DNA from: Chrysomallon squamiferum
Taxonomy: Eukaryota; Animalia; Mollusca
Assembly (NCBI GenBank): GCA_012295275.1
Contig: CM022669.1
Span: 5,952,001-6,016,000, forward strand
DNA: 64,000 nt
Direction of reading: 5' to 3'
Within the stretch, counting starts at the first letter, position 1; the number at the start of each line of letters is the position of its first letter. The position numbers and the translations under genes are program-made. Below the pieces are notes generated by a model. It was not told the origin of the DNA, ran no database searches, and saw only the letters and a list, made by a program, of their open reading frames with translations. Below are positions 1 to 17,012 of this stretch, piece by piece.

Positions 1-148
1 ATGAAGTATTTATATTTAACACAGTGCAGTTTATTTAACTGTCACAGTAAACTTAAATATAATGACTAATCATGTGCTTTATTAGCCTACAGTACTTAAA
101 ATTGTAACCGAAGCTAAACAAATATTTAAATAAATGCAAAATATTTAC

Positions 149-225
149 ATCAAGAAAGCTGGCGTTAATGTAATCAGAATGTGGAAATCCTGGTAGCAAT
201 GATAAAACCACACGATTCCTGTCAT
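149..225 (-). CDS. PTP D1 exon (YDRNRVVLSLLPGFPHSDYINASFLD) of the same R copy; the gene continues beyond the window
   Basis: 77-nt exon identical to 25414-25490, with the DYINAS motif. Confidence 0.85.
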
Positions 226-724
226 CTGTAACAAAATGAAACATATATTTATATATATATATATATATTGAATGTTTTATTATGTTTAGTGCTAACTAAA
301 TTATACTAGCTGTTGTTACTGACTCTCTTGAATAAAGTCTTTGACTCTATTTTTAATCCTCTATATGTGTATGTTTGTCTGTTGTATGTGTACACGTAGT
401 TTAAGATTTTGAGTATTTTCTGTCTTATGTAAGTCTGATTAGAGAACATGGACAGCACGGGCGCAGATGACAAAATATGTATGTATGAAAAAAAATATGT
501 GTATGTTTGCATGTATGTTTGTGTAAATATATGTATGTCCATATGTACAGTATATACGTCACTAATAAATATACTTTAATAATGGTTCATTAATAACGAT
601 ATTCATCTACCTGATTTATAGCTCCGTTCTTGCCTTAAGTAATAACAATGCATAAATTCTGAATATTAAATAAATCAGAAATAAAACAGTTATTTTAAAA
701 ATAAAATTCAAATGATAAACTAAC

Positions 725-812
725 ACGGGTAGTATCCACTGTACTTGTTTTTGGGTCTGTTTTCAGGAATTAGTGCTTCTTCGTAAGAATACACAAATTC
801 ATTACAGAGTTT
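725..812 (-). CDS. PTP D1 exon (KLCNEFVYSYEEALIPENRPKNKYSGYYP) of another R copy, probably R2
   Basis: 88-nt exon paralogous to 26019-26106, differing only by two synonymous changes. Confidence 0.85.
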
Positions 813-905
813 CTGAAAAATAGAGCAGAACAGAACAAGACAAAAAATAGTTAAATGAAAATAAATAAATAAATAAATAAACAAAACAAAATAATAATAA
901 TAATA

Positions 906-956
<51 letters not shown>

Positions 957-978
957 TAATAATAATAATAATAGCCGT

Positions 979-1178
979 NNNNNNNNNNNNNNNNNNNNNN
1001 NNNNNNNNNNNNNNNNNNNNNNNNNNNNNNNNNNNNNNNNNNNNNNNNNNNNNNNNNNNNNNNNNNNNNNNNNNNNNNNNNNNNNNNNNNNNNNNNNNNN
1101 NNNNNNNNNNNNNNNNNNNNNNNNNNNNNNNNNNNNNNNNNNNNNNNNNNNNNNNNNNNNNNNNNNNNNNNNNNNNNN
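979..1178. other. Assembly gap (200 N, placeholder size)
   Basis: N run; homology with R1 implies roughly 13 kb missing if the unit is conserved. Confidence 0.95.
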
Positions 1179-1413
1179 TTGCTATTACAACTACTATACC
1201 CATTTAATATTACTATGACTCCTGCTCAAGTTCTACTAACACTGCTTCAAATACTTATACTCCCCTAATACTCCTACTATTACTACTACCACAACTACTT
1301 CTGCTTCTGCTTAAACTTCTGCTACTTGTGCTACTAGCACAATTACTAGTATTGAAGAAATGGTTGACACATAATTCGCTCGTATAAACAAATTAGAAAA
1401 GATCATTACAAAC

Positions 1414-2225
1414 CTTGTGCACCAATCAACTCGGGTCCATCCTGGCTCTCCTCCAACACAAGTTCCATTTTCCACATCACGTGCAGAGTTAGAAACACAG
1501 TGACGTTCTGAACACTTCTTTCTACAGTTAACACCGTAATTAAAAACCTTCCTGACAAACTGAAATTAAACAAAAACAACATAGTAAAAAAATGCAGAAG
1601 AAACAAAATCATTAACAGATCAGTAAGAACATCGAAATAACTCCAAGAAAAATTACAAATAATAATTAATAATATATTCAGTATATAATAAATTGAAATA
1701 AATAAATAAACAAATTAAACTATGTTTTTGCATACAAACATGCTCCATTGTTTACATCAGTCTTAGAATTAGAAAACAATGACGTTTTCAACATGTTTTT
1801 TGCAGTTAGCACCGTAACAAAATCGTAATCAGACAAAACACTTCAGTATTGACCTTGCAGTCTGATTAGTATGTGTATGTTGACAACATTTAATAGTCGA
1901 TTTCTGTATTTTACATTTTTTTATTTTATAACGTAGAAATAGAATGTATATAAAGATATTTAAAACCTGCTGTATTTAGTAAACATATCCAGAATATTAC
2001 AGAGATAAACAAAATTTATAAAACTGGCTAAGAGAGATATGGCTGCAATGGCTGCTAATACTGCTGCTATTTCTACTCCCAATACTCCTACTAATATTAC
2101 TACCACGACTACTACCACATATACTACTGCTACCACTACTATCACTGTTACAGCTGGTATTATTACTACTACTACTGGTACTATTATTACTAATACTTCT
2201 ACTCTATTATTACCATTAATACCAT

Positions 2226-2274
<49 letters not shown>

Positions 2275-5200
2275 GACTACACTACTAATAATTCCATCAT
2301 TGCAATGGTAAAAGTAACTACTAATACACTAACTACTTTTGCCATTACCAGTACTTCTATTACCACTGCTTCTATTACTACTACTTCTAATACTCCTACT
2401 AATATTACTACCACCCTTCTACTATTGGTATTACTAATATTAATGCTAATATTTCTACTCCTACTACTACCGTTAATACCGTTAATACCAGTACTACTCT
2501 TAATATTATTAAGAAATAATTAAGAGAGAGAGTTTAGTGAACAATTAGAACCATTACTGTTCTGAACTACATTCTAAAATAGTATAAAACATTTTCTTAA
2601 TTTTTTTCTTTCATTCTTTCTCCATTTCATATTTTCATGCTTATCTTCCTTCCTTATATTACTATTTCTACTTTATTCATTGAAAGAAAGAGAGTGAAAA
2701 TAAAACACACACACACATACATATACAACACACACACACACATGCATACATACATGACGTATCTAACTACATATATCGATAGAAAAGATACATAGTTTAT
2801 TTTCTTTCATTTTTTTCTTTCCTTCTTGTGTTTTCATTTTACTCTTGTCTCACTGAACATATAATTTGAGGTAATGAGAATGTTATTTAAATACCTTTTT
2901 ATACAGTCTTTTCCAGTCCATCGAGGAAGACATCCACCTTTACATCGTCCTGTCTTTTTACCACATGTAGAATGTGAGACACAGTGACGTTTTGAACACA
3001 GTTTAATACAACCACGACCATAAGTAACATTTGTTTCACACTCTAATAAATAAAAATAGGAATTAAACTGTTGCTATGTTTGCATTTTAGAAATAGAATT
3101 TACTGAATTAATACTGAAGATTTCATATATACATAAATAGGGAAAAGCGGAGCTTATTATATATAATAATTTCTCTCTCTCTCTCCCTGTATAAAAACTA
3201 TGTTAACCATTTACCTTGGTTTTATGATATAATATAATATAATATAAAATCAGAAAATATATCTTTTTAATAAATTACAGTTCGCTGACCAGTGGTGCAG
3301 TCAATTCCCTTCCATCCCCGCTTACATCCAGTGTCACATGACCCGTTCACGTGGTTACAAGTTGAATTTCCTGAACAGTGTCTGTCAGAACAGTTTCGTG
3401 AACAATTGGATCCGTACTGTTCTGAACTGCATTCTAAAATAGTATAAAATAGAAAAAAGTAAGCAATAAAATAAAATATTGCACATTTAAATATTAATAT
3501 GAAATTATTCAGTACTTGAATTTTCATTCGAATTATAAATATTTTTTAATTTCTTTATATATTTTCTTAAGTTTTTTTCTTTTTGTTTCTATTTTATCGT
3601 TTGTTTCATTCGTTCTCCACTTCATATTTCCTTGTTTGTCTGCCTTTCTTGTCGTATTATTCCTACTTTATTCACTGAAAAAAAGAGAGATTGAAAGTAA
3701 CAACACACACACAAAACAAATACACCCATGTACATGCATACATACATAACGTACGTAGCCACAATATAAACATATATCGAAAGAAAAAGATACACCGTTT
3801 ATATATATTAAACAAATAAATGAAAAAAAATAAAAAAAACATTGAAGATTTCACACATACAAAAATAGGGAAAAACTGCGCAAAATGAAACACGGAGAAA
3901 AGCTAAACAACCCCGTTGAACCATGCTTATGATGTAATTTATAGATTACTGTTTTCATTAGAAGGTCACACAGAGTATGCACTGTTTTTGTTTCATGGTA
4001 GCCATTTTGATAACCCAGCTATATACTTTTAAAAAGAAAAAGTCTGTTTCATGCAAGCTGAAAGCAATAATTTACATACTTTAATCGTCTACTAAAGCAC
4101 TGTGATTTTGTACAAATATTACGCCACCGATTTTGTTGAATCTAAAGCCAGTGTCTAACATGCGCATGATAGCATTTCATGTCGAGGTTGATATACGTGC
4201 TATATCAAGTGTTTATGACAAATAACACGTGATTTTAGCAAAGTGGAATGGGCAAATTGATAGATCTCATGAATGTCCATTTATGATAAATGACTGTCTG
4301 ATGATAAAGGCGTAGGCCTACTGATGATTAAAATTTACATTTGCCTTTCATTTCCCAGGCAAAATGGTTCGAGGTTATAAAAAAGAAAAACAGATGATCA
4401 GAAATGGTTAGAAGACTACATAAAGAAGACAATTATTAAAATGAGCAACAAAGAAATGGAGAGGCAGCTGATATACGTATAGTAATACAAAGTGCACTTT
4501 ATTCCGACGGGCTAGGTAAAGGTTGATCCTGAAGAAGTGGTAAAAACGGCGAGCGTTTGATGTGAGTCTCGTATTCTGTAGAATCGTTTTTGATGACATT
4601 ATAAGATAATTAATTATCTTACGTCACGTGTTTTAATGATATCAGCCTATGTTTGCCTTGTACTAAACATTCTGCTTCTGAATTGTATTCTTTATATCTG
4701 TTTTTCGCCGAAAACGACCTTCATGGAACAGCGAGTTTTTGCTTTAATTCTCATCGATTTCTGATTGTTATCCTTTCAAGTTACGCTGAAAGAAATAATT
4801 TTGACCATCCATTTAATAAAGAACTGAAGATGGCGGGTGACGATTTTGACTATGGATTTCTAAAGCACAACAAAAACACTATCACTTCGCAACCAGAAAG
4901 CGCATCAGCAGTAAAGGCGCAGGTTTTAACAAGGTATCAATGGCTGTGTTCTTTGGCCATTTGGACAAGCTGTATAGAACATATAATTTCCCCATAAATC
5001 GTATGTATAACAGTCGTGACATACTAGCAGTGACAGTGCTTAATAAAATGTCAAAGGTTACATCCATGAAGGGTAAAAACAGGTTGGCTGCAGTCGTCTA
5101 GGCAGAAAGAGGCATTTTTGTGACGGCAGAAATTTCTTTCAATGTGCTAGGGAATAGCACAACCCCATTCTTGTCTTCCCTCGAAAAGTTACAATTGATC

Positions 5201-5783
5201 CCATTTGACACTCTGACTGTATGTCATCCAATATGGCCCAACAATTTTCTACACCAGGCAAAAGCCTACTATCAAAGATACTCTTCTTTTCTTCATTTTC
5301 GATGGTCATGCTACCCACCGAAAACATTACCTTAACTGAAATGGGGAGGAAGAATCTTATGCATAAACATTATAATCCAGCCTCACACATTACATCGTCT
5401 TCAATCCCTTGATGTTTCCTTTAAGGGCCCTCTAAACATATATTATGAAAAGGAGTGCGAGTTTGACTAAGGCATCATCCAGAAAAAGGTTATACCATCT
5501 ACCAGGTTTCTTCTCTGTTTGGGATTGCTTAGTAGAATTCAGCAACAATCACCAGTGGGTTTGCAGAAACTGGACGTATTCCCAGATCATGTTTGCTCCA
5601 GCGCAAACAACAGACAGTCTGTACCAGTTGTTCCATCTACATATGTTGTCGAACTTTTTAGTTCCAGTCCGACTTTTCTCTGCACCACCGTTTGTTTGTT
5701 TCTTTATCCCTCATATGTAGACATGTTTTATACATAAGCAAACACCATCCGTGTATAGTTCTCACATTGAATTTTTTATTTAC

Positions 5784-5814
<31 letters not shown>

Positions 5815-5974
5815 TACTATTATTATTATTACTATTGTTGTCGTCATCTTCATTGTGTTATTACTGTTGTCGTCGTCGTCTTTGTTGTTATAATAGTAAT
5901 ATAAATAAATAAATAAATAAAATAAATAAATAAATGACAAATCTGAAAAAACGTTAGCTATGATGATGATGATA

Positions 5975-6027
<53 letters not shown>

Positions 6028-6257
6028 CATTAAAACCGACAATAAACATAAGACGATGAAAAACGTTATCACTTGAGTTCCTATTCTTTGTGTATGTTTG
6101 TTCGAATCATCTGTATATACTTTATAAAAAGTACTTAAACATGCAAACTGCATTACTGTTATACATTTTTCAACATACCATAATCTGCAGACATCTGCGA
6201 TTGAAACTGAATAAATATCCAAATAAGAATAATGAAATATGTCCAGACCGAAGCCAT
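1414..6257 (-). CDS. R2: 5' part of a near-identical copy of R1
   Basis: SP 6179-6257 identical to R1; EGF exons 3290-3433, 2895-3042, 1414-1559 (the last two carry small indels near the contig end). Confidence 0.75.
3868..5690 (+). mobile_element. Decayed pogo/Tigger-like (Tc1-mariner superfamily, DDE_1) DNA transposon in R2 intron 1
   Basis: Frameshifted peptides MVRGYKRKTDDQKW, YAERNNFDHPFNKELKMAGDDF, SMKGKKQVG, IFDGH and HRLQSLDVSFKGPL resemble pogo-type transposases; putative left end TA|GGGAAAAA..GCAAAATGAAACAC; right TIR not seen. Confidence 0.75.
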
Positions 6258-6499
6258 GTTTTGGGGATATTATGAGAGAGACAAACACACAAGGAAGTGA
6301 GAGAGAGAACAAAATGTGACAATGAGATGTTTGTAATGAGTCAAGTAATTTGATGTTCTATTTTTAATTTAGTAACAAGAATTGTTTATTGTTTCATTTC
6401 CCGTGTTGTACAGTTTGAAGAGCATCTGTCGCTCTGTTTGAGTGAGTGCTTCACTGTCTGTCTCTCTGTCTCTCTGTCTCTCTCACGCTACTCTCTCTC

Positions 6500-6616
<117 letters not shown>

Positions 6617-7092
6617 TAGATGAATATGCTGTGTACTTTACGAACTGCTATGTTACATATACTTGCAATCTGATGTTACATATTTACTCAGTGATATATA
6701 TGTGTATATATTCCAGGTGCTGGAGCCCGTTATTCGACAGCCTTTTATTTATTTCTGTTTTATATGTTTGTGTGTGTGTGTATGTGGGTGTCACTGTATT
6801 TATGTGTGTGTATGAATGTACATATTTGTCTTTATGTGTGCTTGTGTTTGTATATGTTGGTGTGTAGGTGAGTGTCTATTGGTGTGTTTGTGTTTGTATG
6901 TGTTTTTAGCGTCTGACTGATTGAATGACTGTTTGATTGCTAAATACTTGAAAGCTAAAAGTCTTGTTTGCTTAACCATCCCATCACTTTATTATTTCTT
7001 TCTTTTTTTAAATATCTAATATTAAGTATAAATCGCTTCTCTTTTTTTACTCAAATGTAACACCAAACATTCTTTCATAACAAAATATGAAA

Positions 7093-7380
7093 CAGTGGTT
7101 GGAATGTGAAATAGCCCCAGCGAATGATTGACAGTTCGAGTCGTCTGTTCTTAATAGTTGTTGTTTGTTAGAAACCGAGGTTCAAATGCACTTGACATAT
7201 AAAATAGAGTTTAAAACGACTGGTGTAGTTACATACTTCCTGATTCAACGACAGATAACACACCCTACTTTACTGAGTGTCACTGGGTCACAGAGGTCAA
7301 ATAATTGTCACATATTTCATTCACAACACGAACCTCTCACCACAGAGACAAAGAATGAGTCGATTTGGAGAACATTGTTC
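7093..7380. promoter_or_regulatory. Conserved upstream module (ETS ACTTCCTG 7235-7242, GATA AGATAA 7253-7258, DR3 GGGTCAcagAGGTCA 7285-7299, RUNX ACCACA 7339-7344), proximal to R2
   Basis: Non-repetitive block found upstream of every signal-peptide exon; motifs read by eye, function inferred. Confidence 0.5.
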
Positions 7381-7477
7381 TAAAAAAAGAAAAAAAGAAA
7401 GAACGGAAGAAGAATGATGGAAGGAAGGTTAGAAAGATATTTAATAAATTATCACAAATCTTCTTCATGGCATTGTT

Positions 7478-7517
<40 letters not shown>

Positions 7518-8344
7518 CAATGATTAATAGCACAAAGCACATGGAAACTACACGTTTGAAACTGAATATCTAAATATTGAATGAAGTTAAACATGTATTA
7601 ACAACGACATCTTCCAGATGAAAACAACAGTAATAATGACAATGTCGATTATGACAATTACGACAATGTCACTCTCTCCATTAACAGTTTCTATTATTTA
7701 TTCATACCACAACAACAACTACTACTTCTGCTGCAGCTATTGTATTTATTACTACTACCACTTGTAGAACAACTACTACTGCAGCTATTTCTATTACATC
7801 TTTAACGACTACGATGTCTTATGCCATTATTACTACAACATATCCATTATTTCTACAAAAATTAAGTAAAACTACTACTACCGCTACTACGACAACTGCT
7901 AAAACAGAAGGTAATAATGGTATGAAAACTAAAATTGGTGACTACTTAAACAATAATAAAATCTTTATTTTTTCTGTTAGTATAGTTCACTATTTTACGA
8001 CAGTTTAGAATTTTTGGTCAACAAATTGCTTACGTTAATGTAGTCGCAGCAATAATAGTGCATGACATGGCATAGTAGAGGTATTATTATTATCATTAGT
8101 AGTAGTAGTAGTAGTAAATAACGTTTTTAATACTTACTAAATGTTCTGTTATATACTTTCTAAAAGATGTGTTAAATATTTATAAACTCATATCAAATAA
8201 ATGATGTGAGATGAACGACGTCCTCCTATATATTTACAAAACTGCTGGCGCTGTACTTAAAAAAAAGAAGAAAAAAAGAATCAACGACATATGTTATATG
8301 CTTAGGAAATGAAGATTATAATGATTAAATATAATATAATAAAC

Positions 8345-8420
8345 TGCAGTAACATCCAGATACAGCTTCGCAAAGGGACGATAACTGGAAGTCTCAGAAA
8401 CAGTTGTAAATGAATAAAGA
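8345..8420 (-). pseudogene. Remnant of the S-type anchor exon (also at ~46665-46740 and ~61275-61350)
   Basis: Shares agtaacatccagatacagctt..gcaaa and flanking intron sequence with 12241-12400; acceptor mutated to tacaa and the exon is frameshifted. Confidence 0.6.
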
Positions 8421-8850
8421 AATAAACAAATAAACAAACAAACAAATAAATACATTAATCTGACAATCTACAGGAAATGGGTTTGATTGCAAGTGTTCAG
8501 AGAGAAGTGTGTATTTACGTTAAAAAACAATAATATAAGCGAACATTCCTATAAATAATTGATTGATTGGTTGTTTATGAATTCTACTACTACTACTGCT
8601 AATACTACAACTACACAATAGAAATTAATAATATTATAAAAACAACAATTGGTCATTACGTAAATAATAATAAAATCTTCATTTCTATCGTGACTATTTG
8701 CAGCCAGTATTTGTTTCAGGAAGTAAACTCTCTCTCTCTCTTACTTTAAATAAAGTTCAATCATTAACTATGATGAAATAAAATATTTGCTGAATTTTGT
8801 TTTATTCAAAGTGTTTGAGCCCGTTATTTGACAGCCTTTTATTTATTTTA

Positions 8851-9265
8851 TGACTGACTGACTGACTGACTGATTGATTGACTCACTCACTCACTCACTC
8901 ACTGATTGATTCACTGACTGACTGATTGATTGACTCACTCACTCACTCACTCACTCACTCACTCTCACTCACTCACTCACTCACTCACTCACTCACTCAC
9001 TCACTCACTCACTCACTCACTCACTCACTCACTAACTCACTCACTCACTCACTCACTCACTCACTGATTGATTGACTGACTGACTGACTGACTGACTGAC
9101 TGACTGATTGACTGATTGACTGACTGATTAACTGATTGACTGATTGACTGACGCACTGACTCACTGACTGATTGACTGACTGTTTGACTGTTTGACTGTT
9201 TGACTGATTGACTGATTGACTGACTGATTGACTGATTGATTGACTTACTGATGCACTGACTGCGT
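8851..9265 (+). repeat. Compound tetranucleotide microsatellite (ACTG/ACTC/ATTG)n; copies at ~47170-47575 and ~62170-62310
   Basis: Directly visible. Confidence 0.9.
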
Positions 9266-9354
9266 GACAGATTGGTTGATCTGGTTATTTTATTAATGAT
9301 ATAAAATAATAAGAAGAAATCCTTTTACACGGAGAGCAGAACATTTTTTATATT

Positions 9355-9400
<46 letters not shown>

Positions 9401-9448
9401 CGTTTCTTATAGTTGTTTTTTGTTTGTTTTTTACGCAGATATAAAAAG

Positions 9449-9700
9449 CAGTGGTTGGAATGTGAAAATAACCTCAGCGAATTTCTACAGAGCTGCAAGT
9501 CCACTTGAGATGTTTAATAGAAAGAGTTTAAAATGACTGGTGTAGTTACATACTTCCTGATTCAAATACAGATAACACGCCCTACTTTACTGAGTCTCAC
9601 TGGGTCACAGAGGTCAAATACTTGTCACATATTTCATTCACAACATGAACCTCTCAGCACAGAGACAAAGAATAAGTCGTTCATTTGAAGAATATTGTCA
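9449..9700. promoter_or_regulatory. Second (distal) copy of the upstream module, R2
   Basis: Core tacttcctgattcaa..cagataacac..ccctactttactgagt..cactgggtcacagaggtcaaata is retained. Confidence 0.45.
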
Positions 9701-10024
9701 AGAAAATGAATAAAAAGAAATAGAAGAACGAAGGAAAGAAAAAAGAAAAGAAGTGAAAGATATCATTTAATAAATTATTATAAATCTTCTTCATGACATT
9801 GTTATTAGTATTATCATAATCATCATCATCAACACCATATCACCACTATGATTAATAACACAAAGCGCATGCCTAATTGCAGCCATGTATATATGTTTGT
9901 ATGTATGTGTGTATGCATATATACATAATTTTTAATATAAAATTTTATTCGTCAATTTAAGAATTTACATATTTTATTAATAATAATAATAATAATAATA
10001 GTATTAATAATAATAATAATATTA

Positions 10025-10065
<41 letters not shown>

Positions 10066-10478
10066 CTTAATAATAATAATAATAATCATAATAATAATAA
10101 TAATAATATATTACAATATTAAATAAATAAATAAAATAAAAATATAAAATAACAAAACTGAACAGTAATCCGACAATAAAAAGAGTTATGATATAAAGGG
10201 AGAGAATCTAGATCTCTAGATAACATAATGCGGTACGAAGCTCGCTGATGATAATAAGTATGATAGAGACAAATAAAGAAAACGATGGGGAGAAAAACAG
10301 TATTTATATATATATATATATAAATAAGAACAGAAGAGGTATATTTCTACAGAAAACAGGATCTTCCATATACTGTAATGAATATATTATTTCTAACTGC
10401 TGTTTTTAATAATGTTCATAAAATTTTATTTTTATTTTTATTAATTTTTTTTCTATCATTATTATTATTATTATTATA

Positions 10479-10535
<57 letters not shown>

Positions 10536-11524
10536 ACTATTGTTATTATTATAATTTTTTTTTTTTTCTGTTAATTTTATTGTATCAGTGACATATTGTT
10601 GTGTGGATTTGCAACATATATAAATACGGTTTTCCCGATATTGATGTATAACTAAATAAACAACAGCAATAACATTTAAATTTAAATTTAAATTTAAAAA
10701 AATAAGAATAAAAATTAAAAAAAAAACAGGTTTATCACAAGCATAATCTCAAAAAGTTTTGAGTTATATTAAAAGTTAATTAATTCATATGGAAATTTAA
10801 CGGTTTTTTTTTTTATTATTGTTTTGGAAATTTTAAAAATATTTTAATGCCACTAAATAATTCAAAGAATTTCCTGTCCTTTTTTTTCTCTCTTCAAAAA
10901 TGTATGGAGGACGTATCATCTTTTGTGTGTCATGTATTTTCTAGTAAAATAAAAAACCCAACAAAATAGACATCGTTTGTGTAAAAGCAATATTTTTAAA
11001 ACACATATCTAATATAACAGTTGTAAATGCATATCCCCTGAAATGATTTGTTTTTAAATTAGAGGGTTTCAGTGTTCGTTGCTAAGAAAAAGTGTAGATA
11101 TGAATAGAATTGTTGAAATGTGCATGCAAGTTATTATTTTAAAAATCTCTGATTTATTTCTTTAATTTCTTTTTACAAATTATATTGTGTTGCTTATTTA
11201 TTTCATAATATGTGTGTTTGTGCTTTTGAAGTTAAAATTTGAGAAAAAGCAATAGCACTACAAACCTACACAGACTTAGCTAGAGTATTTCAATTCTACG
11301 TCCTGTATATAAATGCACAGTTTATTTTATAAGAAAGATTTTGAAATGTATTTTCATCTCTTTCATATTCGGCTTTTAAATAACTATATAAATATACAAT
11401 CAGACTTCGTTATATCTTCGTTTAATTAAAGGTAGTTATGGGTTGTTATTGTTGCTGTCATTGTCTTTGTGCTTGGTACGTAACAAATTTTGTCTTTTTT
11501 TTCCCCTTTCTTCTTCTTCTTCTT

Positions 11525-11599
<75 letters not shown>

Positions 11600-11923
11600 T
11601 ATATCCAACTGGTCTGTCATATTTTATAGTGGATATAATCAGGGTACGAAGAAATAATTCCATTGTCAAAAAATCTACGTGATCGCATGAGAAAATCCAT
11701 TAACCATTGGTCAACTGTTCCATCGTTTTTAACGTGATCGAATCTGATTGGTTAATCTTTGAAACTTTTAATATATTCCTATTCAGATGTTACTCAGAAG
11801 ATGTAGATGGTTTCCACTTATCTGAAACTTTATAATGATTGTGTTGTCGTCGTTAATATTTTCATAGATCATTGCACGGAAAGATGTGAGCAGTGTAGCT
11901 GATAATTAAAGACTTTCAATAAA

Positions 11924-16052
<4,129 letters not shown>

Positions 16053-16444
16053 GTTTTGGGGATGTTATGAGAGAGACAAACACAGGAGGAAGTGACAAAG
16101 AGAACAACAAGTAAAAATAAGATATTGTCACGAGTCAAGTAATTTTATTTTTAATTTTATAACAAGTGTTTCATTTCCCGTTTTGTGCAGTCTTAAGAGC
16201 ATTTTAGTGCTTGTGAGTGTGTTTCTCTCTATCTGTCTCTCCCTTTCTTTCTCTTTTTTGCTGTCTCTTTCTTTCTCTGTCTCTCTGTGTTTATGTATGT
16301 GTATATGTGTGTGTGTATGTCTGTGTTTTATGTGTGTTCCTATACACACACATACATAAACATATATATATATATATGTATATATGTTTATGTATGTGTG
16401 TGTGTGTTGTTAATTGTAGTTGTTTGTTAGTACTGAGATTGAAA

Positions 16445-16630
16445 TCCACTTGAGATGTGAAATAGATCGAGTTGTAAAATGCTGGTTTAATTACATACTT
16501 CCTGATTCAACGACAGATAACACACCCTACTTTTCTGAGTGTCACTTGGTCAAAGAGGCAGAACACTTGTGATATAATTTATTCACAAGATGTACATCTC
16601 ACCAATGAGAGAAGAAGAATGACTCAAACA
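16445..16630. promoter_or_regulatory. Upstream module copy in front of gene S (ETS and GATA kept; DR3 and RUNX degenerate)
   Basis: tacttcctgattcaacgacagataacacaccctac..gtcacttggtcaaagaggca. Confidence 0.45.
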
Positions 16631-16902
16631 CTGTTAAAAAAAAAGAAGGAAGAAAACCAGAAAAAAAAATCTTTTATTAAATTATTATAAATCTTCTTCA
16701 TGATATTGTTATTATCATCAATACCATCATCATCATCACTATCACCATGATTAATAGTCCAAAGCATTTGTAAACTACCAATGTTTGAAATTGAATATCT
16801 AAATATTTAATTAAGTTAAACATGCATTAACAACGACTATAGCCAAATGAAAACAAAAGCAGTAATACATACAAAATCGATTGTGACATTTAGGAAGTAA
16901 AA

Positions 16903-17012
<110 letters not shown>

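Noticed and set aside
802-1203. ORFs crossing N runs (also 50172-50556)
   Set aside because: Artefacts of translating through assembly gaps.
4364-5737. Cluster of + strand ORFs as a functional or domesticated transposase
   Set aside because: Multiple frameshifts and stops are shared among all three copies; it is a fossil.
5776-6312. 178-aa ORF (and its copy 44098-44634)
   Set aside because: Mostly (TAA)n microsatellite; it overlaps the real signal-peptide exon in a different frame.
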